Below, one piece after another: positions 23,741 through 36,019 of a DNA stretch of 64,000 nucleotides. The position numbers and the translations under genes were made by a program. The stretch comes from Dudresnaya verticillata. Taxonomy: Eukaryota. The notes below the pieces were generated by a model. That model saw nothing but the letters and a program-made list of their open reading frames with translations. It searched no databases and was not told the origin of the DNA. Positions within the stretch are counted from its first letter, which is position 1, and each line of letters begins with the position of its first letter. The DNA is taken from the NCBI GenBank assembly GCA_977862235.1, contig OZ374563.1:1178001-1242000 (forward strand), written 5' to 3'.

Positions 23741-26700
23741 TTATTCGGGCTGCGGGGTGCGGATCGCGAATTCGGGGCCACGGAACAACTCGGGGTCCCA
23801 GTCGGAGAACCATTCGTGGGCGAGTAGCACGGGATCACGCGGGTCCGCTTGGCTTCGAAGCCTTGCGAAGTAGCGCGAAACGAGTTCTTCGGGCACGTGC
23901 GTACGAGGTTCCCACGTAGGTGTCGCGTAGCCGTCCCACTTGATATGAAACACGAATTTTCCGGCGTCGTCGGTCGAGTGATCGAGGATGCGATCGACAA
24001 CGTATTCGGGGCCTTCGGTGACCTTTTCCGCAATGTCTTCGGGTCGCGTAATCGATGGTCGCGAATTCGTAGGTGGTGGCGCGTAGATGCAGCGGTCCGC
24101 GGAGACGCGTTCAACGAGGCCCTTGCGATCGATTACGAGTGTTCGCGTGTCGTTGAAGAGCACTCTGTACGGCCCCTCCGCGGGGGATTTCAACTTCGGA
24201 AGTTTCGTTTTCCCATCGTGGGTATCGAGGTACACGTAGTCTCCGGGTTTGACGCGGCTCTTCGTGTGGCGGATGCACTTATCGAAGTCGCGTTTGTAAC
24301 GATTCTGAACTCGCTGTAACGAAGTGCGTGCGGAGTCGATTGCTAAATCGAGTCGCTTAACGAAATCGTTGCGAAGGTCCTCCGTGGGTTTTGGCCGATG
24401 CTTTCGGGAGCGATGTTTCACGGTGAACTCGGGAGGCGGTCGCGATAAAACGAGATTGAACGGAGTTGTCTTCGTAGACAGATGAACGTGGCAATTGTAC
24501 GAATACGTTAACGCGGAAACGTAGCGGTCCCAATCGTTTTGGTGGTCGTTCACGTAGTTACGAAGCATCGCGAGGATAGTGCGGTTATAGCGTTCGGTTT
24601 GTCCATTCGTTTGCGGATGATACGCGGAAGTGAATACGTTCGATAACCCGAGTAAGCGACAGACGCCCTGAAAGAACTTCGAAGTAAACTGTTTCCCGTT
24701 ATCCGAGAGCACCGAGGCTGGCGTTCCATACTTGAATATCCAAACTTCGCAAAAGGCAACGGCCACGCGGTTATTACTCGTAGTGTGGCCACCTGGGTCA
24801 ACTTCGCAAAGCGATCCGTAATCACGAGGATGAACTTGCGTCCGGATTTTGTTCGTGGCAACGGGCCTAAGATGTCAATCGCGACCGATTCAAGTGGGCG
24901 CGTAGCGGGGAAGAGCTTCAAGCGATGAAGATTCCTTCGGAGACGGATTCGATTCCTTGCGCAATGTTTGCAATTTCGAACCGTGGATGCGATATCGGCT
25001 GCCATGTAAGGCCAGTAATACGTTTCCCGAAGCGAGTAGAACATACGATTTTGCCCCGGGTGGCCAGCGAGTAACGAATGATGCGCCAGCGTGAGCAAGC
25101 GAGGTCGGAGCGTCTCGGGCAATACGATTTGCGTTAGCTTCGGAATCGTGGGGTGCATTCGTCGCAGGAGACCGTCTCCATCTTCGTGAAAGAGACTATC
25201 CTTCGTTTTCGATTGTCGTGATTGCACCGTTTGGCAGAACGAATCAATACGTTGTCCTTCGAGGATTTCGGTTACCGTAATAGGCGCAGGTAGGTCCACG
25301 GGTTTCACGTCGGTGAGGTCACTCGGTTCTTCGTTGGGGCCAATTCGATAAAGGTCAAACGGATCATCGTCATCGATATCGTCCCATAAGTCGCAGTCAT
25401 CGTAGACATCCTTTTGTCCTGCGTATTCATCGCGTAGTTCTGCGTCGTGTTCGTGTTCGCAGCCTTCGTGGCACTTATGAATGTGGGGTTCGGAACCCGT
25501 GGTGACCTCCGTGGGTCGTGGCGTATTGCCTGCTCGATGTACGCGTTTCGCTGGTGTAGTCTTTCGCATAGAGTCGTGGCGAATCGCGGTGGGCTTCGAT
25601 TGACGTTTGCGGGATCGCGTAGTAATGAGAACCGGTTCTCTTTCGTTTTCGATGGTTTTCGTGATGTCGTTGCGGAAACATTCTTCGTTCTGCACTGCGA
25701 TTTGATCCGAGTCAAACGTAGGAACTTCGTCGTCGATTGCGGGTTGTTCGCGATGCGGAAGTAGCAATCGCGAGAGGGCATCGGGAATCTGGTGGACGCG
25801 ACCGGGGCGATACACGATTTCGAAGTCGAATTCGGCTAAGCGAAGCCTCCATCGCGTGAGTCGCCCGGACGAATCGGTAAGGGAAAGAAGCCATCAGAGC
25901 GCATTGTGGTCCGTACGCACGGTGAACCGGGTCCCTTCAATATACGGACGCAACGAAGTAACCGCCCATTCGACTGCGTAGCATTCGCGCTCGGTTGCGG
26001 AGTAGTTCTTCTCGGCATCGTTTAACGAATACGACCAGTAGCCCACGGGTTGGAATTCTTCGTTATCTTGTTCCTGTAGCAACGCGCATCCGAGTTGATA
26101 CGCAGACGCGTCCGTATCGATAATGTAACGTTTCCCGAGTTGCGGTAACCGGAGTATCGGCGGTGACACGAGCTTTCGTTTGAGCGTTTCGAATGCGGTA
26201 ACGTGATCCTCCGTGGGATTCTCGTAGTCGGGATCCGCGTCCTTTCGCGGCATGTTCGTCAACGGTCGCGCAATTTTCGCGAAGTCTTTCACGAATCTTC
26301 GGTATACGTTACACGCGCCGAGGAACGAACGGACTTGCGTGAGTGTCTTCGGGAACTTCGCGTATCGGAATGCTTCGGGGCTCTTCTCGGCCATACTCAG
26401 CTTCCCCGGGGAAATTACGTGTCCGAGATAGTCGACTCGCTTTCGGAAAAGGAAGCACTTCTTCATCTTGAGCGAAACTCCGGAGTTACTAAGTAGCGTG
26501 AGAACTTGATCGAGATGCGCGATGTGTTCACGAAGATTCGCGGAGAAAACGATCACGTCATCGAGGTAAACGAGACAGCACTGCCAACGGACTCCGGATA
26601 GAATGATGTCGAGTGCGCGTTGAAACGTAGCGGGCGCGTTTTTCAATCCGAAGGGCATACGAAGATAACGATAAGTTCCGAGAAACGAAGTAAACGTAGT

Positions 26701-28356
26701 CTTATCGCGGTCTTCCGGGGCAACCGGAATCTGCCAGTACCCGCTGTTACAATCGAGTGTCGAGAAAATCGAAGCGTCTCCGAGTGAATCGATACAATCT
26801 TCCATCCGGGGAAGTGGGTACGCGTCGGATAGCGTCTTCGTATTGAGTCTTCGGTAATCTACGCAAAAACGAAGTGTTCCGTCTTTCTTCTGTGCGAGGA
26901 CTACGGGGGACGCCCACTCCGAGGTGGCTGGTTCGATTACTCCGGCTTCGAGCATACTGTCGATTTCGTTACGCACGATTTCACGTATTGCGGGCCCTTG
27001 ACGATAGGGCATCGAACGAATAGGTCGAGTACCGGGTTGTAGATCGATCCGATGCTCCGTGGCTGCGATCGTTCCGAGGTCTCCGTTCCACATCGATTCG
27101 TGCTTACGTAGCATCTCGAGGACCTCGTTTCGCATAGTTTCATCGGGTATGTTCGAAAGGTCTACGCGTTCTTCCCAATCGCGGGAACTCGAATTGGCTT
27201 CTGCTGCTGCAGTCACGGCACCCTTCGTGAGCTGCTTTTCCTTCGTGGATACGGATTCTTCGGGTGGCTTCGAGTCGTCGTGCTCACGTAGCGTAGAGAT
27301 GATGAGCACCTTGGCAAACGAATCCGCGACTTCGAGATCGGGTGTCAGAATCGCGAGCGGGTTTCGGGCTGCGTATCCGATGACGGTTCCCTTCGGTAGA
27401 GCTCGAGGCTTATCCGTGAAGTTCGCCATCAACACCGAAAACTCGCGATTCGGACTGACTTCGTGTATCCCGTTCGTTAACCGTACTCCGTGTCGGTGTT
27501 GTAATGAAGGCTTCGGTTCGATATGAATTAGTCCGAGTGCTTCCGAGGTCACGGTGACTAGCTTCTGCGAATAACTCGGTATGGTGACGCGGCGGTTCAA
27601 ACGAATGGTACGGGTATCTCGGTCCCAATCGTGGAGCTCACGTTGGTGTCGCTTCGATAGCGTTTTCTCGAATTTCTGCTTCGGATTTTTCGAATTAGTA
27701 GCGGGTGGAGCCGATCCAGCAATGCGGTTGATAATCGGAATCGTGCTTCCACTCTTCGTGATGAGCCTCCGTGGGCTGAGCTCGATACTTCGTAAATGCG
27801 CGTCCATCCACGAAGTTCCAAGGAGAACATCGACCGCGAGTTTCTCCGCAACCACGAAGGGTACGCGGTATCGAACGTTCCCAAGGCGGACTGTCAGGTA
27901 AACGATGCCATCGAGTCGCAACGGGGTGCGATCAGCGGACGCGAGCCTCGGAGCTGATTCAATCGTGGACGCGTTCGCTTCCCAACCGGTGGGTAACGCA
28001 GCCCGGGCTATTAGGTTGTAACCGGAACACGTATCGACTGCAATCGTATGCGGCGTCATTACGGAGGCATCGAGGCCAATGGATCCGGTCACGAGGAAGA
28101 TCTCCGAAGTCATTAAGCAAACGTATCCCTCGGTGGTAACTTCGGGTTCGGTCTTCGAGATCGGTTTCGTCTTCGAATTGTTTTCGCACGAAGCGTCTTT
28201 CGCGAGGACTCGACATCGCTTTCGGTCTCGTCGTCGTGCAGCGCGCTTCCTTCGCATCGTAGCGGCTCTCGGAATCGGAATACGCGGTGTGTCTCGGGGA
28301 ACGGATTCAGACGAAGTACGTGACACAACGGGCGTCTTCGCCTTTACTCGTTTTCC
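23741..28356 (-). pseudogene. pol: G2 pol: protease, RT, RNase H, integrase, chromodomain
   Basis: VDTCSG (variant catalytic motif), [24 protein letters not shown]...CKHC, SDNGKQF and FHIKWDGY. Frameshifts near 25894 and 24766. Confidence 0.95.
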
Positions 28357-30794
28357 GAACTCGAACTAGAATCCGAATTGCGAGCGTCCGCGTCCAATGG
28401 GGAGGTTGATCGATCACCTCTTCCGTTGTTCGCGGAGTCTTCGTAAGCCTCCGAGGGCAGGTTCGGGTGACTCGGCTCAATCGCGTCAACGTTTTCACGG
28501 ACTGCGAGAACCGGTTGACGGCCCGGGGCCTGCGCGTGTCTCGGATTGCGGAGGACGGTCGGCGGTCCTCGACGCTCGAAGCTGACTTGACGCTGGGCTC
28601 GGTCCCTCGGGTGCCGCGTATCGCCTTGACGAAGATTTCGGTTCACGCGATTGTCACGTGATCCTCGGGAGTCTTGTCCACGGTGACCTTGATTGTCAAC
28701 GGACGCGAACGAATTCCCTCTTGATGCGCCGCGATTCACGAAGTTATTACGCGTATACGGTCTCGTCTCGAGTTGGTACAAGTAGTTCTGGTACGCGCAA
28801 TAGAGTTGTTGCTCCTTCTTGAGATACGGACACGAATACATGAGGTGACCAATTTCGCGACAGAACCAACACGGCCACGCATCTTGATTCTTCGGTATCA
28901 TCGAACTCGCCATCTCGATTTGCTCCGGGGTCATCGGGGGGACACGCGCGGGTACGAAACGCTCGATGCGACTCGTGAGATCTAACGTATCGTCCACGGA
29001 GACCGTTGTCGAAGTAGTCGGTGTAGCGGATGTGGACCCGGTTCCTGAACGAATCATCATCACGGCCATTTGCGGGTCTTCGTTCATCGGGTACTCGTAT
29101 TCACTCCCGGGAGTGTCGCAAGCTTCGATAAGCATCGTGCGTCCGGGCGCTTGGCGACTCTTCGGGTACGTAGGAGACACTTGGTTCTTCGAATCACGCG
29201 ACTGTTGGGCCGCGGTGTCACGTAGTTCGCGAGCTCGGAATGTCGTGCCTTCGGCTTGCGCGATTCGTTACACGCTCATAAAATGCTTCTGCTCGGACAG
29301 CGGTAAACGGCGAACCTGGTCGGCCACGATAGGATACGTAGTAGGTAGTAATCCACGAATAATCTGGTGCGTTAACGAAGAGTCATCGTAGACACCGGAG
29401 CAGACATCCGCGTAGCCTTGCAAACAAGTCGCGAACTCCATCTCGGTTTCATCGGACTTCTGCTTCGCGGTTATCACGCGATCGTGTGCGTCTGCGACTA
29501 CGTCTTCCGTGAGAAATCGCTGTAGTAACACGTTCACGATCGCGGACCAGCAAACCGGGTTGCCCGTACGAACGCCTCCGAAGGCATAGTGTTGATACAC
29601 CTTGAGCGCGGTCTCATCGAGAAACCACGAAATCGTACGAACTACTGCTCCTTCGGTGAGCCCGACTCCGTTCAGCGCTTGTCGAATATCACGAAGAAAT
29701 GCGAGAACCTTAATCGGGTCGCGTCCCGTAAACTTCTCGAGTCTCAGCATCATCGAACGCATGCGTGAAACGGTTTTCGACGTGTTACCTCGGAATACTT
29801 CGTGTTGAATATCCCGAGGTGACGAATTCCTGAGTCGATACGATCGATAGCTTACGGCCCGCGCGAATTCTGGAATGAGCGTCGGTATCGGTTCGACGCC
29901 CGGCCCGAGCGGTCCCCAGTGCCAGAACGATGACACGGGTCCCGCGAGCGCTAACAGATTTTCGATTACGGGTCCTCCGGGGGACATCGGTGGTTGAAGC
30001 GAATCTCGGAATACTGCGGGGTTGATACGGGGGTTGTCGGAGGCATCGGTTGCCTGATGCGATAAAGGGTGCGGGGACGGATTCGGATACGTGTTTTTCG
30101 GTAACGTAGATTGGGTACCCGGGCCTTGCACGGGTTGAACTAGCGGCGAATTGCGGGGGTCAGGACGGGCTTCGGAATGATCTTCACGACTTCGAGACTT
30201 CGGTAACGCTGCGGACATGATGTCACGAATAGCGTTCAACTGTTCCTCGGAGAACGCGTGCGAGCTGCGAACGGGAAGCGAGTGACTCGCCTTGCCCACG
30301 GGGGTGGATACGTTGCGCTCGAGCACGAGAAACCGATTGCTGACTCCCGAGACGAGATCCCGGAGACTCTCGAGTGAGTCTTCGATCCTACGGACCTTGC
30401 CAGCGCGGAGATTGTTGAACTCTTCGTGAACTCGATTGTGCGTATTACGAATTGAAAGCTGCGTGATACGGTACGCGGTAGAAAGCGCATCGATGACCTC
30501 TTCGTAGAGTAAACGTAGTTCTGAACCGGAGACTTCCTTCATCGAGAAGAGTCGATCGACGGTATCCGAGGGAACGATTTCCAACGGAGTGTACGTATAC
30601 GAAAGGTCGGACTGGCTACCGTGAGCCTGCGAACGCGAGTCTGTGCGAAGATCGGGTACCGTTATTCGTGAAGCGCGAGTGCGAGAAAACGGTTCTCGGT
30701 CACTCGCGTTCGAGTCGAACAACGGGAGCTCCGGAATCGGTACGTCATCGGGTTTCGGTACCGGCGAATCGGGACGACTCTGAGCGTGAGACAT
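28344..30794 (-). pseudogene. gag: G2 gag with CCHC knuckle and a premature stop at 29268
   Basis: CWFCREIGHLMYSC. The two ORF halves are in the same frame. Confidence 0.9.
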
Positions 30795-30846
30795 CGTATC
30801 TCGAATAGAAACGAATTACGAATAAATGCGAAACTTCGGGACCACG

Positions 30847-30864
30847 TTCTAGGTCGGGAGACCA
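30847..30864 (-). promoter_or_regulatory. G2 primer binding site
   Basis: TGGTCTCCCGACCTAGAA begins 1 nt after the LTR end (...CCACA). It is complementary to a tRNA ending GGGAGACCA (tRNA-Tyr-like, tentative). Confidence 0.75.
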
Positions 30865-30865
30865 G

Positions 30866-31712
30866 TGTGGTATAACGAAGTCCACGGAGACGCGGGGAAG
30901 TCTCGCACTGTAAGGAATGGCCTCGGAGCCTAACGAATGGCCTCGTAGCCTAACGGAGAAACGAAAAGGGGTGGTATCGTGGTAGAGCGGAGCGACCAAC
31001 ACGAAGGACCACGGTGTCAACGTATTCGTGTGCGGAAGGGAGAACTCGAGCGATCGATCACCGGGGATGACTCCGGGTGCGCGGGGCTATCGAAAGCGAG
31101 ACTCGACCGTATCCGCGGTCACGAAGACGAAGACACCGAACTCGAAGAAACATGCGTTTACCGAAGACTCCGAGGTCCGGGCGCTAGTCGCTTATCGGGA
31201 ACCCTCGGAGGTTGTGCCAGACGACTGGCTACTAAGTAGTACTACGTGAGCACGAGTGCGCGTCAACGCGGGAGACGGTTCGTACTCGAATGATTCGTAA
31301 CGGCCTCGGTTCCAACGAACGGTCGTCTCACGTATGGTGGCGGTTACGAAGTGCGCCAGGGATGCATACGGAGGTGCGCACGCTTCGTGGGCCTCGATGC
31401 CGTTACGCGCGGGAAACAACGGGAAAGTCACAAAGGTGTCAGCGATTTCGTATCGGGTGCGCACTGTAATGCGAATGCCATCGTGGCGCGCGCGATCACG
31501 AAGTCAGCTTGGAATCCGTCCGGAGCTGTCAGCGATTTCGCATCACGTGCGTGCTGTAAAGCGAATGCCATCGTGGCACGCGCAGAGTATGCGCACTGTA
31601 ATACGTTTGCCATCGTGGCGTGCGCATTCACGGAGTCACTTCGAAATTCGTATTTCTCGACTATTTTTCACGTAGACCACGGAGTCGTTTTGCGCATAGC
31701 GTCTATACCACA
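30866..31712 (-). repeat. G2 5' LTR
   Basis: Direct repeat of 18835-19680, followed by TSD copy GTGTT at 31713-31717. Confidence 0.95.
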
Positions 31713-31944
31713 GTGTTCGATCGGAATTCTACAAGATGGTTGCTGACGACCCTGTCCAAACCAAGTTGATGATGCCTGTCTTCGAGAAGAAGAACGGCAT
31801 CGCTGCTTCCGATGATCTGGTCGAGCCAATGGAGAAGCTCGACAGCCTCATGTCCAACCAGCTTATGAAGGAGGTCGCCACACTAAGTGCCAGCAACGCA
31901 ACGAAACGTGCAGGCAAAGGTGGTGCCGGTGGCGACAATTAGTC

Positions 31945-33911
31945 GGCATACGTTCTCGGCGCCCTCTTTGGCGTGGGACGCAGTCTCGCGTCGGGGCATG
32001 GCGCCAACTCGGCTGCTCGGAGTTCCTCTGCCGAGCAGTCCGATTTGGGATATTCGACCATCCAGATATCCCTTTTCAGCCAGGGGCTGGGGAAGAGTTG
32101 CCGAGTATCCCACAGTCCGCAGAGGACAAGGCCTTTGCAGAAGCAGACCTTACAGAGGGGTGCTTATCCGGGATATACAACGAAGTTACCCCGTCGTATG
32201 CTGCAGAGGCCAAGGCCCGGGGCTCTATTTTGTCATCTGCCTTTGTTGTAAGGCAGGATGGCGCAGAGGAGGGCCCGAAGGGCCGCTTCGTCGTGAATCT
32301 CGCGAAACCGTCAAAGCACTCGCGCAAGGGGTCAGTTCGGAAGGAGTCGATGTCGGACTTCGCGATGCAGATCCAAGAAGGAGACCACTTCCTATCAATG
32401 GACATGTACAAAGGCTACCGTCATTTTCACCTCGCTCCTGCCATGCGCGACTGGTTTCTGTTCCACTATCAGGGCCGTTACTACCAGTGTGTGGCGCTGC
32501 CCTTTGGTTGGGGCGGTCTCCATTATGGTTCACGCAGCTAATGGTTCCCTTCGTTCAGGAGTTGCGCAAGCAAGGCTTTCGAGTTCTAGCGTATCTGGAC
32601 GAGTTTCTGATAGTGTCGTCAGTGCTAGGGATCGTCGCCACTCTCCGGCATTGCCACTTTGCAGCGAAGAAAATTGGCAAGCTGCTTCTCTCACTCGGGC
32701 TCCGTCGTCACCCCGAGATGGGATGTTGGTTGGGAAGTACCAACATCGAGCACCTTGGCGTTCGGATAGACAGCGTGGCGATGCGATTCTTCATCGCCAC
32801 AAGGAAGGTGGACTAGGTTCAGTCACTCGCCCGCAAACTACTTTGAGAGGTTCGCTCGGGCCGGCGCTGGGTGAGCAAGACAGTGTTGGCGCACTTCTGT
32901 GGTGCTTGTGTTTCCCATACGCTGGCTATGCCCTGGGCAAGATTTTATACGCGTGCACTGTATTGGTACATGTCGTAAAGAAAGCAGTCTCGCGATGGTC
33001 GGGGTCGCGTGAGGTTATCGCATCAGAGCATCCGTGATTTGCGCAAATGGCGGGAACGCAGTGCGCAGGAATTGGCAGGCCGCCCCATGTTTCCGCCACC
33101 GCCGACAGCGGCGTTGCATTCGGACGCAGCCGATGTTGGCTACGGCGGCACTCTGAACTTCGAGGACTTACGCCGCGGGGTCGATGGGAAATGGCGCGCG
33201 CAGGGGATCTGGAGTTGGAGAGACCGAACCAACTCCATCAGCTATCGAGATCTCAAGACAGTCCGAATGCTACTCACCGGGTCCTTGGGCGCCAAGGTTT
33301 TGGAGGGACAGCATCGAAGCTTTCTTTTACATATAGACAATCAAGCAGCCGTCCACTTCACCAACGCCCTTGTCTCCGGCAGCCGCCCCATGATGAGGGA
33401 ACTGCGCAGGTTGAAGACCGTCCTCGATCGCCACGGCCTGTTTATCAAGGCGGAATGGATACCCTCCGCGGTGAACAAGTTCGCCGACGGATTGTCGCGA
33501 CGCTTCTAACGCGGAGACTTGCGGGTCAGGAGGCAGCTGCGGCGTTCCTTCCCGGCTGGAATGAGGGCTCCGAGGGACGCTTTCCCCTATCGCCCCGTCG
33601 GGGAGAACCCCGTCATGGCACGGCGGCAGGCGTACAACGAGCTGTCGGCTCCGTGGAAGCCGGACGAGGTACGCCTGCTTTGTCCTCCGATCGACCTGAT
33701 CCCAGCGACCTTACACAAGCTGCGAACGACGGCGGCCCCGCCGATGATGCTAATTCCAGATTGGCCTCGTCAGGGCTGGTATGCCCAAGCTGTCCGTATC
33801 GCGACGCGGGTGCAGAGGCTCTACAACCACACGGCCGAGGAGACGTGGGCCGGGTACCGTCGTCTGAACCCACAGTGGCGGGCGCTGCTCCTCGACATGA
33901 ACCTCGCTTGA
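31945..33911 (+). pseudogene. DIRS RT - RNase H - Dam-like methyltransferase remnant
   Basis: KGRFVVNL, SMDMYKGYRH, LPFGW, YLDE (variant of YLDD), HSDAADVGYGG, IDNQ, WIPSAVNKFADGLSR and MT-like CPPIDLIPATLHKL...LIPDWPRQGWY. Several stops and frameshifts. Confidence 0.9.
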
Positions 33912-33931
33912 CCGGCCGATCTGCTGGCCGG

Positions 33932-35757
33932 ATGGCGCTTGCCGATTGTGGCATAGCTGTAAGACCAGCTGTGCCACGCAAGCGCAGCTGTAAGACCAGC
34001 TGCGCCACGTGTGCACTGCTGTGCGCACGCTGTCAGACCGGTGGCGCCGAAGCCCCGCTGAACTGTAAGGAAGTGCGCAGTGGCGCCCACGTGTGCACGC
34101 GTTCGCGTGTGACACTGAAACTCCCATGTAATATCTACGTTTATTGTTTTGTAGTGTACAGCACCGTCTAGTGTAAGCGGCGGTCGAACGCCCTGCTGTC
34201 CTGCGCACTGTGCGCACGCACTCCGGCGCAGAGCCGTTGAGTGCGTGACACGCGCGCGCGTACTCCGGCGTCGAGCCGTTGAGTACGTGTGGACCGTTTC
34301 GCCTACGCGCGCCCCCGGGTTACCGTTACCCGTACACGTCGACGCGTGTTGGGGCGCGCCGGAGCGCTTCCCGGGTTGGTGCCGCCGCAGGCCCTGTAGT
34401 ATATCTAGTAGTCGCCCCTCTGGGCTTCAGTAAACCAGGCAAGCCAGCCTACGCCAGGCTTGCCCTTTCTGCTTTGGGTATCTTTCCCAGTCCTTCGCCC
34501 TACGGCTTCCCTCTTTCCCTAGCCGCCTAGGCTTTCCTTTTCCTTTCCCTACCGTCGGCTTCGTGAGGCCCCACGACAGGGACGCAGGGATCCGGCCGCT
34601 GCCGCCCGCGTATGGTACGCCCCGTGCGCGCTCAGGCTTCGACGCCGTTGATCCGCGACCGTCGACGGCGCGCGCGACCGACACCGCCGCTCTACCACCA
34701 CAGTTACCACCCTTCGACGGGTCTGGGTGCGACTGATCGACCAGCGCAGCTAGACGTCAGTTCGACCTGACGTATATGCCACACCGATGCCGCCTTGGCC
34801 CGAATGGGCGCACATGTGCCCACGCTGGGAATGATCCGGTCGTCGCGCCTATTGGCGGACTTCGTCTGGAGTGGACGCACAGCCGCCACGCGGAATTCCC
34901 AGTGGCGGGCGTGGTTCGAGTTCTGCACTGTAGAGCAGCGGACGCTTCTCCCAGCCACGGAGGTGCACTTGGTGGCGTTTGTGGGATGGCTGGTGGCGGA
35001 ACGGGAGGCCAAGCTGCGGAGAGTTGCAGCGTCATCGCTGCCGCAATATTTCAGTGCGGTCCGGCAGATGCAGGTCATCCTGACTGGGTTCCTGTGCCGC
35101 CTTTCCCATTCCTTTCGCACGTCCTGCGCGCCTACTCACGGTGGGAGGAGACCGAGTTCCCGCAACCGGAGACGCGTTGCGGCATCCTGCTTCCGCGGTG
35201 CAGACAATCTGGGGCATGGGAATGACGACGTCCAGCCCCAGCAGTCTACGCGACGCAGCTATGGTTGTGTTCGCATTCTGCCTCAATGGCCTCCACGAGA
35301 GCTCGGTGACATCGCTGCCCGCGGCGGCCGTGCGCATCACGACGGACGCTGTGGTGGCGCACTTGGCTGTGGCTAAGGGCCAAATGGCCAGCTATGTGCC
35401 CCTGGTACGCTACGAGCGACTCTCTGGAGAGCACCCTTCACCGCTCGGCCTGTGGCAGCGCTGGGTGCAGGCACGCGGCGGCCACCCCTGCTTCTTCGGC
35501 CTTGATGGCGAGCGCCCCACGCTTCCGCCTGGCGTGATGACGCGGGCTTTGGAAAGCTGCCTTCGCGCTGTGGGAGTAACGCCGCCAGCCGGTGGGAAAT
35601 ATAACCTCATTCGCTGCGCATAGGATCGCACACGGAACAGGTGCTGTTAGGATTCCCGTTAGAGTTAGTGCGATTGGCGCGCTTCGGTTGGGGACCTCGT
35701 AGCGCAGAGATAGCGGCGACTTACTTTGACCGGACGATACAGCTGTCCGCGGCGTAG
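33932..35757 (+). pseudogene. DIRS tyrosine recombinase, interrupted by the solo LTR
   Basis: MALAD|AALARM... rejoins across the TSD. N-terminal TRNSQWRAWFEFC, NGLHES (R to H), HSLRIG, RFGWG and TYFDR. Confidence 0.87.
33947..34783 (+). repeat. Solo LTR of the G1 family (837 bp)
   Basis: TGTGGCATA...TATGCCACA termini with 5-bp TSD CCGAT at 33942-33946 and 34784-34788. Confidence 0.93.
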
Positions 35758-36019
35758 TTCTGGGTGTTCGGGCTGTCAGCCGGACGGCAGCCCGTTTCCC
35801 CCGTTATGGTGTAGCGGCCGGCGCTCACTGGGAGGTCTGCTGGCTTGTGGATGCGCTCGCTGGCGCCATGGTCCGCTTCGGACGACGCACTCGCGGAGTG
35901 CAGGTGTTGTGGAGTTTCGTCTTGTATAGACCCTGGGTTTTATGCTGATGAAATTGTAATCACCAAAATAGCAAGGCCGGCCACACAAGGTGGCGATGCG
36001 CGACGCGTACGAATGGCTC

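Larger units (their letters stand above)
18835..31712 (-). mobile_element. Full-length but defective Gypsy chromovirus-like element G2 (12.9 kb)
   Basis: Two LTRs of about 846 bp, PBS, PPT, gag, pol with chromodomain and an antisense gene. Confidence 0.96.
17825..31942 (+). pseudogene. Putative DIRS ORF1/gag, in two pieces (17825-18041 and 31718-31942)
   Basis: The joined frame reads ...HVCAIIAVR*GLRV|RSEFYKMVADDPVQ...GGDN* and lies directly upstream of the DIRS RT. Confidence 0.65.
17825..35960 (+). mobile_element. DIRS-type tyrosine-recombinase retrotransposon split into 17825-18041, 31713-33946 and 34784-~35960; termini not resolved
   Basis: Removing 18042-31712 (TSD GTGTT) and 33947-34783 (TSD CCGAT) restores the reading frames. 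Order gag-RT-RH-MT-YR. Confidence 0.85.
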
